DNA of 63,880 bases, filler included, from Octopus bimaculoides (GCF_001194135.2; 7 parts of 7 records of this genome joined end to end with filler, not necessarily neighbours in it); one strand, 5' to 3'. Counted from the whole stretch's first letter, positions 38,887 through 52,117 are shown. Program-made: numbers and translations. The notes: a model not told the origin generated them from the letters alone.

Positions 38887-39153
38887 AACAACAAACAAGA
38901 TGAGGACAAATATCCGTCAAAGGTAAATAATGTACAAGCACGTAAGTACAGGTACAAGGCAAATGGATAGATGTATAATTATAATAATAATAATAATAAT
39001 AAAGGTGACTAAAATTCAGTTATCACTAATAATGACTTAGGGTGGAAGGTAGCATCTCCATTGCTAGAAATGAGAGTCAAAGACCCTTATAGCCACAAAC
39101 ATAACACACACACGCATATATACTCACACATACACGCGCGTATATACACATGA

Positions 39154-39185
<32 letters not shown>

Positions 39186-40512
39186 ATAATATTAGGGACA
39201 AAATCCAAAATTACAGGTAAAAACTCAATTAAAATCAATTTATAAAAAATTAATATATTATATGTATATGCTCTCTCCCACTTGGATTTGATATGTTGCC
39301 ACATTTATAATATGTCTTTTTTCTGCATTTTCGTGCAGCTGAAGATTGCTCTTCATATTGCATTTAAGGTAATGCTCACATTACTTAAATAAATTGAAGT
39401 AGCATGAAACGTGCGTACTGCAATCACTTTTGAAATCCGTGTTGCTTATTGTTTGATATATATATATATGTACATAGGATGGGGTGGTGAAATGTTCCTG
39501 GCTTTTAAAGGTGTTGCTGGAGGCTGGACGTTCCGAGTTCTTTTGCAGGTCTTCGAAAACCTGGAGAACTGCTGCAATAATGGTGGGAATCTGCGAGGAG
39601 GGGAAATAGATGGAATAAAACCATAACCGATCCTCCTGCATTTTCTGTTACCCAGAGCCAGGAACTTTCCGGCACCCTCTCGTATATATATACTTGCTTT
39701 TGTCAGTCATTGGACTGCGGCCATGCTGGAGCACTACCTTGAAGGGTTTAGTCAAACAAATAGTCACTTGAATGATTCCCCGTTAACAAAACCCCCGAAA
39801 GAATGTAAAGAAAATTTGGTTTCGGTAAGATTTGCCGTTACTTAATAAAAGCACAAGGCATGTTTTTTTTCTTCTCGATGCCGCACCAATTGTTCCAATC
39901 CACCGCTCTTGGACAATGGTTACCGATATTAGCAAAGAACCTCACATTTAGGGCAGGAAAACATAATCGGTTAAGCTGAACCCCAGTTTTTAACCACTGA
40001 CATTGTGTGCGTGTGTGTGTGTGTGGGGGGGGGGTGATGGCATTGGTATTGGTGACAATAGTAGTGATGCTAGTGGTTATGATGGCTGTAGTAGAAGTAG
40101 TAGTAGAAAGGGATTTCCTTTATGTGCGCATGCGCGTACATAAAGAAAGGGACAGAGCGATGACTAAATTTTCCGCCTCTCCTACACTAGGGATAGTGGT
40201 CCAGTTTTGCCGAGGGCTTCAAAAAGGATGATGATGATGATGACGATGAAATTGATAATGCTGCTGCTGATGATGAGGATGACGATGGGGAGAAGAGGTA
40301 GGATGATTATGATGATGATGATGATCATTATGATGATGATGACGACGATGATGATGATATGAAAATGACAACGATCATGATGATGATAAAGATGATGACG
40401 ATGGTGATGACAATGATGATGATGATAAACATGATAATAAAAATCAGTGACGATGATGATGATGATAATAATAATGGTGATGGCAATGATGATGATGATG
40501 ACGATGCTGATA

Positions 40513-40546
<34 letters not shown>

Positions 40547-40808
40547 CGATGCTGATATGAAAATGATGATAAAAATCAAAGTGATGACGATAACGACGGT
40601 GAAGATGATGATGACTGCAACGGTAAGGATGCTGATGCAGATGACGATGAAGACAAACCGTAAGAAGAGATGGAAGAGGAAGACGAAAGCGGAGAATCAA
40701 GACCCCCCNNNNNNNNNNNNNNNNNNNNNNNNNNNNNNNNNNNNNNNNNNNNTTAATTAATTAANNNNNNNNNNNNNNNNNNNNNNNNNNNNNNNNNNNN
40801 NNNNNNNN

Positions 40809-41040
40809 TTGCTATAGTTACGGAGAGTAAAACTGCTTGGCACAGATTGACCTGAAATCTGCTGTGTATGTGCACTGAGTTTTAACGTTCTACTCCACTT
40901 CCACTGTTTACTGCAGTGCTGGGAAGGAACGTGTGTTGCACTGACCATGAAAGTAAAAGTTGAGCGGAGAATCTAAATCAAATTTTGCCAAAACCTTAGC
41001 GATACCTGCTCAGAAACACAAAATTTTCAAAAAATTTTTT
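40809..41040 (+). mobile_element. Mariner 5' end (UTR + MKVKVERRI*IKFCQNLSDTCSET)
   Basis: Typical mariner N-terminus. Homologous to the minus-strand copy at 41340-41560. Confidence 0.65.
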
Positions 41041-41044
41041 TATC

Positions 41045-41609
41045 GTTCTCGACACAATCAAGGAGATCTTGTGCAACTGAAATCAGTGTCCTTTTGCTCA
41101 CCTGAAAGTAGTTTTAGCACAAACTTGGCCGACGCGCGTCACATCCCCAAATTTTCAGTGATAAGGGACTGAACTGAACCGTAACTAATCTGCATATCCT
41201 TTGCTAACACACGGATGGTGATTCGACGGTTTCCCCTCACAGCTTCACGCACATCTGCGATGTTTTTCACAGTTCTGCTGGTTGCAGGTCTCCCAGAATG
41301 TTTGTCACAGTCGACATTTTTTTGGCAATCGTGGAAACCACTAGTACAGCTGTGTGTAGCTCATACACTGCTCTCCACACACGCCAGGTATCGTGACTAC
41401 TTTCTCTATCCTGGTCAATGCGACGACCTCATGCTGAACACCTTCCTTCCAATCAGTGCTATAAACAGCGGAAATGAGTTAGAACGTTTAAACTAAGTGC
41501 GCATGCACAGCAGAGTTTAATGTCAATCTATATCGAGCGGCTCCAGTCTGACTGCTTTAGCTTCGTTACTATGGTAACACTCCGGAATCTTATTGATCAG
41601 ACCTCAATA
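41045..41609 (-). mobile_element. Mariner transposon 5' half with TIR and HTH-region remnant
   Basis: TIR tattgaggtctgatcaataagattccgg. The minus frame reads SGRPATSRTVKNIADVREAVRGNRRITIRVLAKDMQISYGSVQSLITENLGM*RASAKFV. Confidence 0.85.
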
Positions 41610-41656
41610 TATATATATACATATATATATATACATACACACATACACATATATGC

Positions 41657-41692
<36 letters not shown>

Positions 41693-41951
41693 NNNNNNNN
41701 NNNNNNNNNNNNNNNNNNNNNNNNNNNNNNNNNNNNNNNNNNNNNNNNNNNNNNNNNNNNNNNNNNNNNNNNNNNNNNNNNNNNNNNNNNNNNNNNNNNN
41801 NNNNNNNNNNNNNNNNNNNNNNNNNNNNNNNNNNNNNNNNNNNNNNNNNNNNNNNNNNNNNNNNNNNNNNNNNNNNNNNNNNNNNNNNNNNNNNNNNNNN
41901 NNNNNNNNNNNNNNNNNNNNNNNNNNNNNNNNNNNNNNNNNNNNNNNNNNN

Positions 41952-41994
<43 letters not shown>

Positions 41995-43317
41995 GAAAGA
42001 GAGAGAGAGTGATACATACACAGACACATATACACGATGTGCATTCACAGACTTTCGGCAAACCAAATCCACTACTAAGGCTTTGGTCGGCCTGAGATGT
42101 ATAGGATTAATCTCTTACTCGAGCTACCCCGCGGTGGGTATCGTTGCAAGACCGCATGATCGGAAAGGAAACTACTCCAACATTAACATTATCATTATCA
42201 TCACCACACTAACATATCGCCTCACTAACAACACTAACACTAATACATCTACCACTACTACCACCACAACCACAGCAACCAACATCACCAGCCTCACCAC
42301 CACTATCACTACCACCACTATCACCACCACCACAACCGCCGCCAACACCAGCATAATCACCACCACCACTACGACCAACAGCACCGTCATCCCCACCACT
42401 AATTCTCCCACAAACATTGCTGCCAAGTACTACACTAGCTACTAAAATACCATCAAAAACTCTCGCCATGTCATTACTACCATACCACTTCTACTACTAC
42501 CACAGCTACTAATGCTACAACTACTACTATTACTATCATTACTACTACTATACTACATCATCATTTGTATCACCACCACGCCAACACCACGTTATTATCC
42601 ATGTCACCTCCACACACACCATTGCTACACACCACGACCACATCCCTACCTGTATCACTTCCACCAGCTCCGCTAATAACCCTACATCAGAACCACAACT
42701 GCTACCACAGGCGCCACCACCGCTGCCACAATGCCATGAAAACCAACTCATTACCACCTGTGAAATACTATGGTACCATTTAGTGAGACCTCTGATCTTA
42801 TTCAAGGTGACGTTTTATTCCCTATGCTCATTAGTAGTATTTAAATAACCATTAGTAATTATGTATATTGTAATTATTCATCAATATCTATCTATCTATC
42901 TATCTATCTATCTTCGTTGAGCCCTGCGTGGCTAATAAAAGAAATGTATCTATGTGTATGTATAAATACATGTATGTATGTGTATGTATATATATATATA
43001 TATATATNNNNNNNNNNNNNNNNNNNNNNNNNNNNNNNNNNNNNNNNNNNNNNNNNNNNNNNNNNNNNNNNNNNNNNNNNNNNNNNNNNNNNNNNNNNNN
43101 NNNNNNNNNNNNNNNNNNNNNNNNNNNNNNNNNNNNNNNNNNNNNNNNNNNNNNNNNNNNNNNNNNNNNNNNNNNNNNNNNNNNNNNNNNNNNNNNNNNN
43201 NNNNNNNNNNNNNNNNNNNNNNNNNNNNNNNNNNNNNNNNNNNNNNNNNNNNNNNNNNNNNNNNNNNNNNNNNNTATATATATATATATATGCAAGTGTG
43301 GAAGTGTGTGTATGTGT

Positions 43318-43356
<39 letters not shown>

Positions 43357-43783
43357 TGTGAAAGTGTGAGTGCGAAACAATTACCGAAACTACTGAAACC
43401 ACAGACCGTAAGCAAACCATAAACCCACCACCACCACCGTCATCACTATCACCGCCAAACCAGCAACACCATCTACCCCAACACCATCTACAACAACACC
43501 ACTACTACTACTACTACCACCACTACCACCGTCACCACCTACCTACCATCGATACCCGCCATACCCAATGATGCAACGCCGCCATTACCAATAACAACAA
43601 AAGCAACAACGCTGCCGATAATAATAACCATGTCATTATAATGAGGTTATTCTTATGCCACAAAATCGCCATTAACGATGACAAGCTCAATATAGCATCT
43701 TATTACTAGTACTGCAACTATTACTACTACTGCTACTACTACTACCGCTGTTATTACTACTTCTTCTACTATTACTACTACTA

Positions 43784-43789
<6 letters not shown>

Positions 43790-43860
<71 letters not shown>
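43790..43860. repeat. Perfect (ATT)n microsatellite
   Basis: More than 20 uninterrupted units. Confidence 0.95.
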
Positions 43861-43861
<1 letters not shown>

Positions 43862-44108
43862 AATTGTAGTTGTATGTCTAGTATTACTATTGTCACTATT
43901 GTGTTATTATTACTCCTACAATTACTATTACTATCATTATTGCTATTATTATCATCATAAAGTTATAATAACATAAAACTATTAGGATGCAAGGAGAATT
44001 CATCATTATCCTCATCATTATCACCATTATGAATGTAATAATCGTTATAATTATGAACAGCTACTTAGCTAACATTACAATTACAACGACAACAACAATA
44101 ACAACAAC

Positions 44109-44157
<49 letters not shown>

Positions 44158-45239
44158 GTAATAATAATAATAATAGTAATAATAATAATAATAATAGTAA
44201 TAATAATTTCATACAGCACCGCTTCTATAATTATAAACAAATACATGTAGACAAAAAGAAAACCAAAATAAAAAGCTAATATCCACCCCTATTTTACCGG
44301 CGATGGGGTATATATTTGTTTAATGCCGTAGGATGGGGTATATATATATATATATANNNNNNNNNNATAATTTCATACAGCACCGCTTCTATAATTATAA
44401 ACAAATACATGTAGACAAAAAGAAAACCAAAATAAAAAGCTAATATCCACCCCTATTTTACCGGCGATGGGGTATATATTTGTTTAATGCTTTTGTGATC
44501 AATAATGACTAATTTTTCTTGTTTGTTTTTATTCGATTCGCTTATGTTTGTGTGTACGCTTTTTATTCATTACTTAATGTCATTTTGAAATATTAAAATG
44601 TGTTCATGCAAAACAGGGTTGTATATGTAATTAATTAGTTTACGTACTTACGTGTTTGTGATGTATACTTAATCGGATATATTCCAATATTACGTACTCG
44701 GATATAGTCCAACACTTTTAATGAGTATTACTTACTCGGGTGTAGACCAGCGGTTTGTCATTGCGGCGAGCGTGTTTACACGTGTTGTGAGAGTGACGGA
44801 GGTAACACTCAGTTAAAATACATCGTTTTATTCGGAAGGCAGAAATAACTTTTAATGCGTATTACTTACTCGGATATAATCCAACACTTCAATTATTTTA
44901 GGCTCCATTTATTGTCGTTATTCCCGATATTTTTGGATAGATTTCGGATCAGTGTTTTATCACTCTTACATGTTAAACGTTCACGGTGTTCACAAATTGT
45001 CTCCACTAATAGATAAAATCCGGAGCCAAGTACTAACACGAAAGTGTTATGACAATTAGCAAAACCTCATGTCGGATGAGGGGAAATATTAACAATGACA
45101 AATAGTAATAAATGAAAATGTTAATCAGTGATGGTAATAATAATAATGAAAGGAAGCAGTTGGAATCTCATCATGTCCTGATTGATGATAAATATAGTGA
45201 TGGTGTCAAAATAAAAACACTGATAACTGCGCAACCTGA

Positions 45240-46888
45240 TAATTGCTACCTCATATGAATGACAATGAAAAAAAAAACAATATTGTGAATAACGGTAGTA
45301 ACGAAACTGAGGCCTTTGATGCTGACAGTGTTGCACCCGGCAGGCTCAAAGATACTGATCTAACTCCAGCCTGTCGTTATCCAGCAATGGACCAGCACAC
45401 ACATCGTGAAAGGAATAAACAATTCAATGCTGTGGTAATGGAGTGTTACTACTTGAGCAACCCTGTAGACGAAAATGGTGTTCATATTAGGGGATACCGA
45501 CAACGTATGTATGGTCAATGGAGAGAAAGAGGATTGCTTCAACTTACGGGACAGAGATTATGTGACCAAGCTAAGCAATAAGAAAAAATCGTTGGTTCAC
45601 AAGCTCGAAGGTATCAAAAGACGGGTATTGGAAAACAGCAGCAGAGGAAACGAGGAAAATACAGTTCCTACTGATAAAAGTAATCTCAGCAGAAAACAGA
45701 GGTAAGATCTCTGATAAACCACAGGAGAGGAACAGTGATAGCTTGCTCGAAGGCAATTTACGACTGAATAAAATAAAGGCTACAGGAGAACGATAGCGAC
45801 ATTATATGCAACCTTAAAACGGTTGACTGTGGAAATTGAACCAAGAAACTAAAAATCTGAATGAATTTCTGAAATACATCAGAACAAAAAAGCATCACAG
45901 AAACAAATAATTTGATCAAAGCAGCAAGTATTGTTGTAGCAGAAAATATGGGTGTTGACGTCAAGAAAAAGAAATATAATGGGAGTGACAAAAGAAAAGA
46001 TCCATGGTGGAAAAGAAGAATACAGGCGGAGTTAAATATGCTCTCGAAGGACATTTCTGTGTTAGAAGGGGGAGCTTAAAAGTGAACAAAAATACAGGGC
46101 ACTGAGCAGGAAATATGATATTGAAAGAAAGGGGCTGAAAGTGGTAATGGAGGAACTGAAACAGTGCCTTGTTGCAAAGAAATCAAAGATGGTAAGACAC
46201 GACCAAAAATGAAGGGATACCATCAGAATAGGTTATTCAGAGTAGATCAGAAGAGATTCTACAAAGAAATAAATGGAGAGGGTACAGCCGAAAAGTTGAT
46301 GCCAGATAACATAGAAAGTCCAAAATTTTGGAGAGACATCTGGAGCAAAGACAGGGAGCACAAGAAGGATGCCGAATAGTTGCAAGAACTGAAACAAACA
46401 GTAGTCTGTCCAAAACAGGCAACACAAGTCATTTCAGTTAGGGGAGTGAAAGAAACGAGCAAAAACATGAGTAACTGATAGACCACGGGACCAGATGGTG
46501 TTCAAGGCTACTGGATCAGAAAAAATGGTGAATGTCATGCACGAATAGCTGTACAACTCAGCACCTTGTTAAATGCCACCAAGTAACACCAGATTGGTTG
46601 GCAATGGGTAGGACAGTGCTGTACTTGTAAAACATCGAAAAATGCAATACGGTAGACAATTACAGGCCGTTATCCTGCTTGCTACTTATGGGGAAATTAT
46701 TGAGTCAATGTACGGACATCTGGAAAAAATGGAGTCCTGCCACATGAGCAGAACGGTTGCAAGCGTAAACGCAGAGGTACCAAGGATCAACTCCTGGCAG
46801 AGAAAAAAACTGTATTAGAGAATGCAAGAGGAGGAAAACTAGCTTAGCCATGTCATGGATCGATTATGGTAAGGCTTACGATATGATC
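45240..46888 (+). mobile_element. R4/Dong-clade non-LTR retrotransposon, decayed N-terminal half and RT start
   Basis: VMECYYLSNP...GYRQRMY..W...QRLCDQA; KDPWWKRRIQ; GPDGVQGYWI; NYRPLSCL; HEQNGCKRKRRGTKDQLL; AMSWIDYGKAYDMIP. Ends at an (AAT)n run. Confidence 0.88.
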
Positions 46889-46897
46889 CCAGATTCT

Positions 46898-46970
<73 letters not shown>
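46889..46970. repeat. (AAT)n microsatellite
   Basis: About 27 units. Confidence 0.95.
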
Positions 46971-46972
<2 letters not shown>

Positions 46973-47258
46973 TAAACCTATTTGAAAATGATACCAGGCT
47001 TACCATCCTAACAGGAAGTGCAAAACATCGTGTTAACTGGAACGACTCATGTACTGAAAAGAGCATTATCGCTGTGAAAACAACATCCATTCATGAATTT
47101 ATTTATTAATTAATTTTTTGCATACATATTTGACCTGTGAATTTGCGTGTGTAAACTGGGAATGCATGCAATGAGCTTCTCTGCCCTAGGTGCACGGAAA
47201 ACACTCGGCAAGAAATGGAAGAAAATTTGAAGAAAGAAAAAATATCAACATAATAATG

Positions 47259-47305
<47 letters not shown>

Positions 47306-47379
47306 TATTATTATTATTATTATTATTCCTGAAATACATTCCCCCCCAAAAAATCAATCCTGAAATACATCTCAACCAA

Positions 47380-48120
47380 AGGTCTATCGGAAACAAGGGA
47401 CAGTTTTAGTAGGTGAACTCGTTGGAAAGAAAAGAGAGGAAAGTAGAGGGACAGAAGGAGCCATGGTGGAAGCGGAGAACTGATGGCGGTAATAAAACCT
47501 TGCGCAAAGAACTGAGTCGCATAGAAGGGCAATGGAAGCATACTAAAGTAGGGGTGAGCGTATATCTTGAAACAATATGCTAAATAGAAAAGAACAGGTT
47601 TAAAACTGTTATCGAAACCTTAAAACGACGTGTTCGGGCAAAAACATTGAAAGTGCAACGCGACACTAGTCGCATATCGCAGTTCCAGAAAAATAGGTTA
47701 TTCACAAATAACCGGAGGTAGTTTTTAAAAGCTTTAGTGGGAGATACAGGAAATATACCTCCTGAAGCAGAGGAAACCCGCCAGTTTTGGAATACCATCT
47801 GGAGGCAAGATGTTTCCCAGAACAACAGGACCATGTGCGCATAACAACGGAAAATGAAATTACACAGGTATCAAAACTGCCAAATTGGAAAGCGGTGGGA
47901 CGAGACAGAATCCAAGGCTATTGGCTCAAGTGGTTTAGGTCAACACACAAACGAACTGCGTTGCAATTAGATAATTGCCTACAGAATGATACAATTCCGG
48001 AATGACAACACTGTTAATAAAAGATTGGTGAAAGGACAATGAGGTAGGCAATTATCGACCCATCGCTTGTCTTAACTTCTTATGGAAAGTGTTAACGGGC
48101 ATCCTCGCAGAGAAAAATAT
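47380..48120 (+). mobile_element. Second, divergent R4/Dong-like fragment
   Basis: QKEPWWKRR; QFQKNRLFTN; KLPNWKAVGRDRIQGYWLK; NYRPIACLNFLWKVLTGILAEK. Preceded by (AAT)n/(TAT)n at 47240-47330. Confidence 0.82.
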
Positions 48121-48644
48121 ATAGTAGTAAACAAACCAAGGAAAGTAACACTTACCATATTTGGGGGGAGTTACATGTGTTATTTAACAAGCGTTTGAGT
48201 CGACTTCATGGAACTTAAAGTTTCGTATGCTCGTCGAACGAACGTACCTCGTCAGGTATTTAGAAACTATGTACTTGCATACAAGAATCTATGCACAAAC
48301 AGCTTAACAATATTTTCAACAGGGAGACACTTAGTTCGTATGATTTTGCTGCACTCCGCTAGGTAGATCATAGATAAGGCTTCGTGACCCCTGAGGCCAA
48401 CTGTTTTCTCGGGCCGGCTATAACCTTGTGAGTGGATTTGGAAGAAAAAAACTGAGAGAAGCCTATCGAATATGAATGNNNNNNNNNNATATATATATAA
48501 TACAAATAATAAATGAGTATATGCATATCTGGGTACAGGACATTGCAAACAAAATGATAAACCAGTACAGAAAACACACAGGCGACATAGAGAACATCTC
48601 CCTCATCAGCTGCCCCCATTCTAACACAGGCGTTTCGAAGAGTT

Positions 48645-48687
<43 letters not shown>

Positions 48688-48689
<2 letters not shown>

Positions 48690-49939
48690 AGATGTCCCAA
48701 AATAAAGGTAACCAACTATTATCAATTTTGTCAAAGCAAAATATTGTCATCTTTCAGGTCCGAGCGTTGCTGCAATGCAATGGTAGAGGAAACACAATTA
48801 TGATACTATCACATTCATTCGATATGACCACCTCTGTTTCGAATCACAGCCTGAAGTCTAGTTGTGAATGCTTCACACGTGGTACGCATCTGTTCTTGCG
48901 GGATAGAAGCCCATTCTTGGCGCAGTTTTGCCTCCAGAGCATTGAGCAAAGCATGAGGAGTGCTCGAAACCCTCGTCCCCAAAGTGACCAAGCAGAAAAA
49001 TCCAACAAGTTGCGATGGGGGCTTATTGAGGACCATACATCCTTGCCTGTGAACAAGAAAAATGTTTTTCTGACTCTAGTGTTGTGTCTGTTTGGAGCTG
49101 TGGGATGGTGCTGTGTTCTATCAGCTCCAAGGTGCCTTGAAAGTGTGCATTCACTCATGGATGCAGTTCGGCTTCCAGAATGTCGTTAATGTATCACTGG
49201 GTGTTAATTTTAACACCTGAGGAGAGACCTTACAGTATCTGTCACAGTCGTCCAAACCATAACTGATGTGGATTTACGACTCTATCCTCGACGGAGCCGG
49301 ATACACTCCAAAGTCTACCATTCTGATGGTTTACTGTTTGTTTCATGTCAAATTTCTTTTAATCAATACCAAGTTGGGCAGCGTGCCCTCAGCAATCTGA
49401 CGCAGGATAAGACGACATCTCTTCAGTCTCATGGCCTTATAAAGTTTTGTGAGCTCATGACGGCGGAACATGTTATAGGCTGGGTCCTGAGATCCTTCTT
49501 CAATACTCGATACAGTGATGCGATGTTCGCCTTATTTTTGCTGTGGCAGCCAATTTTCTGACGGAACGACGAGGATTTCGCCGTATCTTTTCTCTGGTAA
49601 TTTTTATAAGCTGAGGAGTCCGCACGCTTCTTTTTCGGCCATGTCCAGGTCGATCAACGGTGGAACCAGTCTCTTGAAATATCTTGACAATTTTCCAATT
49701 GTTCTGTTAATCTTAAGCTTTTTTGGTATAGCTGTATTACTTTCACTTCCTTTGTAGAAGGTTATGATTGTATTTTGGCTATAGTCATTATCTAATTTAT
49801 AAATCTGAATTTATTTAGTCTCAAACAAAATGAATAAACACTAAGCTTTTATAATGATGTATAATTTTCATATCTTATCACATTCATTGATACTTATTAA
49901 ATCCCGAAACTTCGATTGCCTTAATTTCGGGACATGTTG
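48688..49939 (-). mobile_element. Full-length decayed Tc1/mariner element (maT/DD37D-like), 1252 bp
   Basis: TIRs caagatgtcccaaaat / atttcgggacatgttg (14/16) with TA flanks. Remnants WSSISPHRNLLDFSAWS and LRQEWASIPQEQMRTTCEAFTTRLQAVIRNRGGHIE*. Confidence 0.88.
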
Positions 49940-50145
49940 TATATATGTATATATATATATAAATCTAAATATGTATGTGTGTCTGTGTGTGTGTTAGTGT
50001 TTGTGTTTGTTCCCGACCACCGATTGACAACCCGTGTAGGTGTGTTTACNNNNNNNNNNNNNNNNNNNNNNNNNNNNNNNNNNNNNNNNNNNNNNNNNNN
50101 NNNNNNNNNNNNNNNNNNNNNNNNNNNNNNNNNNNNNNNNNNNNN

Positions 50146-50335
50146 NATATATAATTTTTTTTCAATTTTTTTTTTCTCCGTGTTTTTCTCCTTGTCTCCG
50201 TATTCATTCTGTTGAAGAGCGTAGCTCGAAACGTCAAAGACTTTCCGTATTCCCGAGCGTCATACTAATATATACTTTTGTTATTTACACCACCTGTCCT
50301 CGTCTGTTGTTATTATTTGTATATTCTCCCATATA
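50146..50335 (+). repeat. Repeat family H (Penelope-like terminal sequence) with HHR-like motif; opposite-strand copy at 26940-27075
   Basis: Shared gaagagcgtag(g)ctcgaaa..tcaa.gactt.cc. Confidence 0.55.
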
Positions 50336-50349
50336 TATATATAAATCTA

Positions 50350-50590
50350 AATATGTATGTGTGTCTGTGTGTGTGTTAGTGTTTGTGTTTGTTCCCGACC
50401 ACCGATTGACAACCCGTGTAGGTGTGTTTACACGTCAGGAGTTTTGCAGTTCGGTAAAAGATACCGATAGAATGAGAACCAGGCTTAAAAGCAAAAGTAG
50501 TACTGGGGTCGAGTTTTTCCACTAGAATTCTTCAAAGCTGTGCCCCAACATGGCCGCAGTCTAATGACTGAAACAAGTAAAGGAAAAAAA
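50350..50590 (+). mobile_element. SINE family A 3' half
   Basis: gacaacccgtgtaggtgtgtttac...tggccgcagtctaatgactgaaacaagtaaa. Confidence 0.8.
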
Positions 50591-51350
50591 GGTAGAAGAT
50601 TCAAATGGACCCATTTTAGGCCTTCCCTGATGAAATATCTGCCTTGGGATCTTCCCTGTCCGTCAAAATTGCATCCATACTGATTAACCACGCTATCTTC
50701 AACGTAGTCACATGTTTATACTGTTCTGTCGTAAAGACTTGACACGTATAAACACTCGCAAGTGTAACCGAGTTACATCATAGTTTAGAAACAATTGTAA
50801 AGAATGCTGTAACCAGAGGATTATGGGACAGAAGAAAGAAAACTGTAGAACGAAAGAAGTAAAGATACCATTATTAATAATTAGAACCCGCCATCAAAAA
50901 CAGAAAAGATTCGAATGACGTGAATTCCACAATTTATCAGTTGTCATTCAGCACATCCACAGCATTAGGCCCTGGCCACCATCACTATCACCATCAGATA
51001 TCTGAGATGTTTAACACATTTCTTTATTACCCGCTTCTTTAAGTGTTTTAGGTGTGAAAACTCTGATTTTTTTAAATAAAAGTGTAATCACGGGCTTTTG
51101 TTTTGATAACCATGTTTCGAAATAACATGCTTCTAGTATTATCAATCATTATAGACACACATGCATACAAAATTGCATACATACACACTTACATACATAC
51201 ATACACACATACATACATACATGCGTACATACATACGTATATACATATGTACGTACATATGTATGTACGTATGTATGCATGTATGTATATATACATAAAT
51301 ATATATAAATATATATATATATATATAAGTATATGCGTGTGTATATATAT

Positions 51351-51405
<55 letters not shown>

Positions 51406-51458
51406 CATATACATATATATGTATATGTATATATAGATATATGTGTGTGTGTATATAT

Positions 51459-51500
<42 letters not shown>

Positions 51501-51836
51501 ATTATTAGATACACAGCAGATAGATTGATAGATAGACGCAAGCGTGTTGTGTATTCTGTGTGTTTTTGTCAGAACAACATGATATTCGATAACTTTTATG
51601 GTAAAGCCTTTCTGTCGACGCAATTCGCAGCACCTTTCTCGCTCTGGATCCCTCTTACCCACCCTTTGTCTCTTTCAATGAATTTATATGCATTGTATAT
51701 ATTTATTTATTTGTTATATTCCAGATTGATTCTATAAATTGTTCCGCATATGGGGGAAAGCCAACATTCTCATTTAATGAATGCAAAATTTCATGACCTT
51801 AGCAATCCTGTGATTGCGTATATATATGTGTGCGTA

Positions 51837-51868
<32 letters not shown>

Positions 51869-52022
51869 CGTGCATGAGTGTTTTTGTGTTGATGTATCTG
51901 TGTTGCTGTGTGTGTGTGAGTGTGTGTGTTTGTGCGTGTGTTTATATATTTATCGACGCATATAAATATATGCACATACACACATGCATATTATTATAAC
52001 ATCTGTGAATATGATTGTATGC

Positions 52023-52117
<95 letters not shown>

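Larger units (their letters stand above)
38425..38976. mobile_element. Head-to-head fold-back of two tRNA-headed SINEs (family G)
   Basis: Arms 38425-38696 and 38701-38976 are reverse complements around a 4-nt spacer (tgtg). A box tggcgtagcgg and B box gagttcgattcc. Confidence 0.9.

Noticed and set aside
44205-44490. Biological tandem duplication
   Set aside because: The identical copies sit either side of a 10-N gap, typical of an unmerged contig overlap.
48590-48650. Type II hammerhead on the minus strand (GAAAC...CAG CUGAUGA GGGAGA)
   Set aside because: U16.1 is missing, helix I is only 3-4 bp, and a competing local hairpin exists. It may be a relic but is not supportable.
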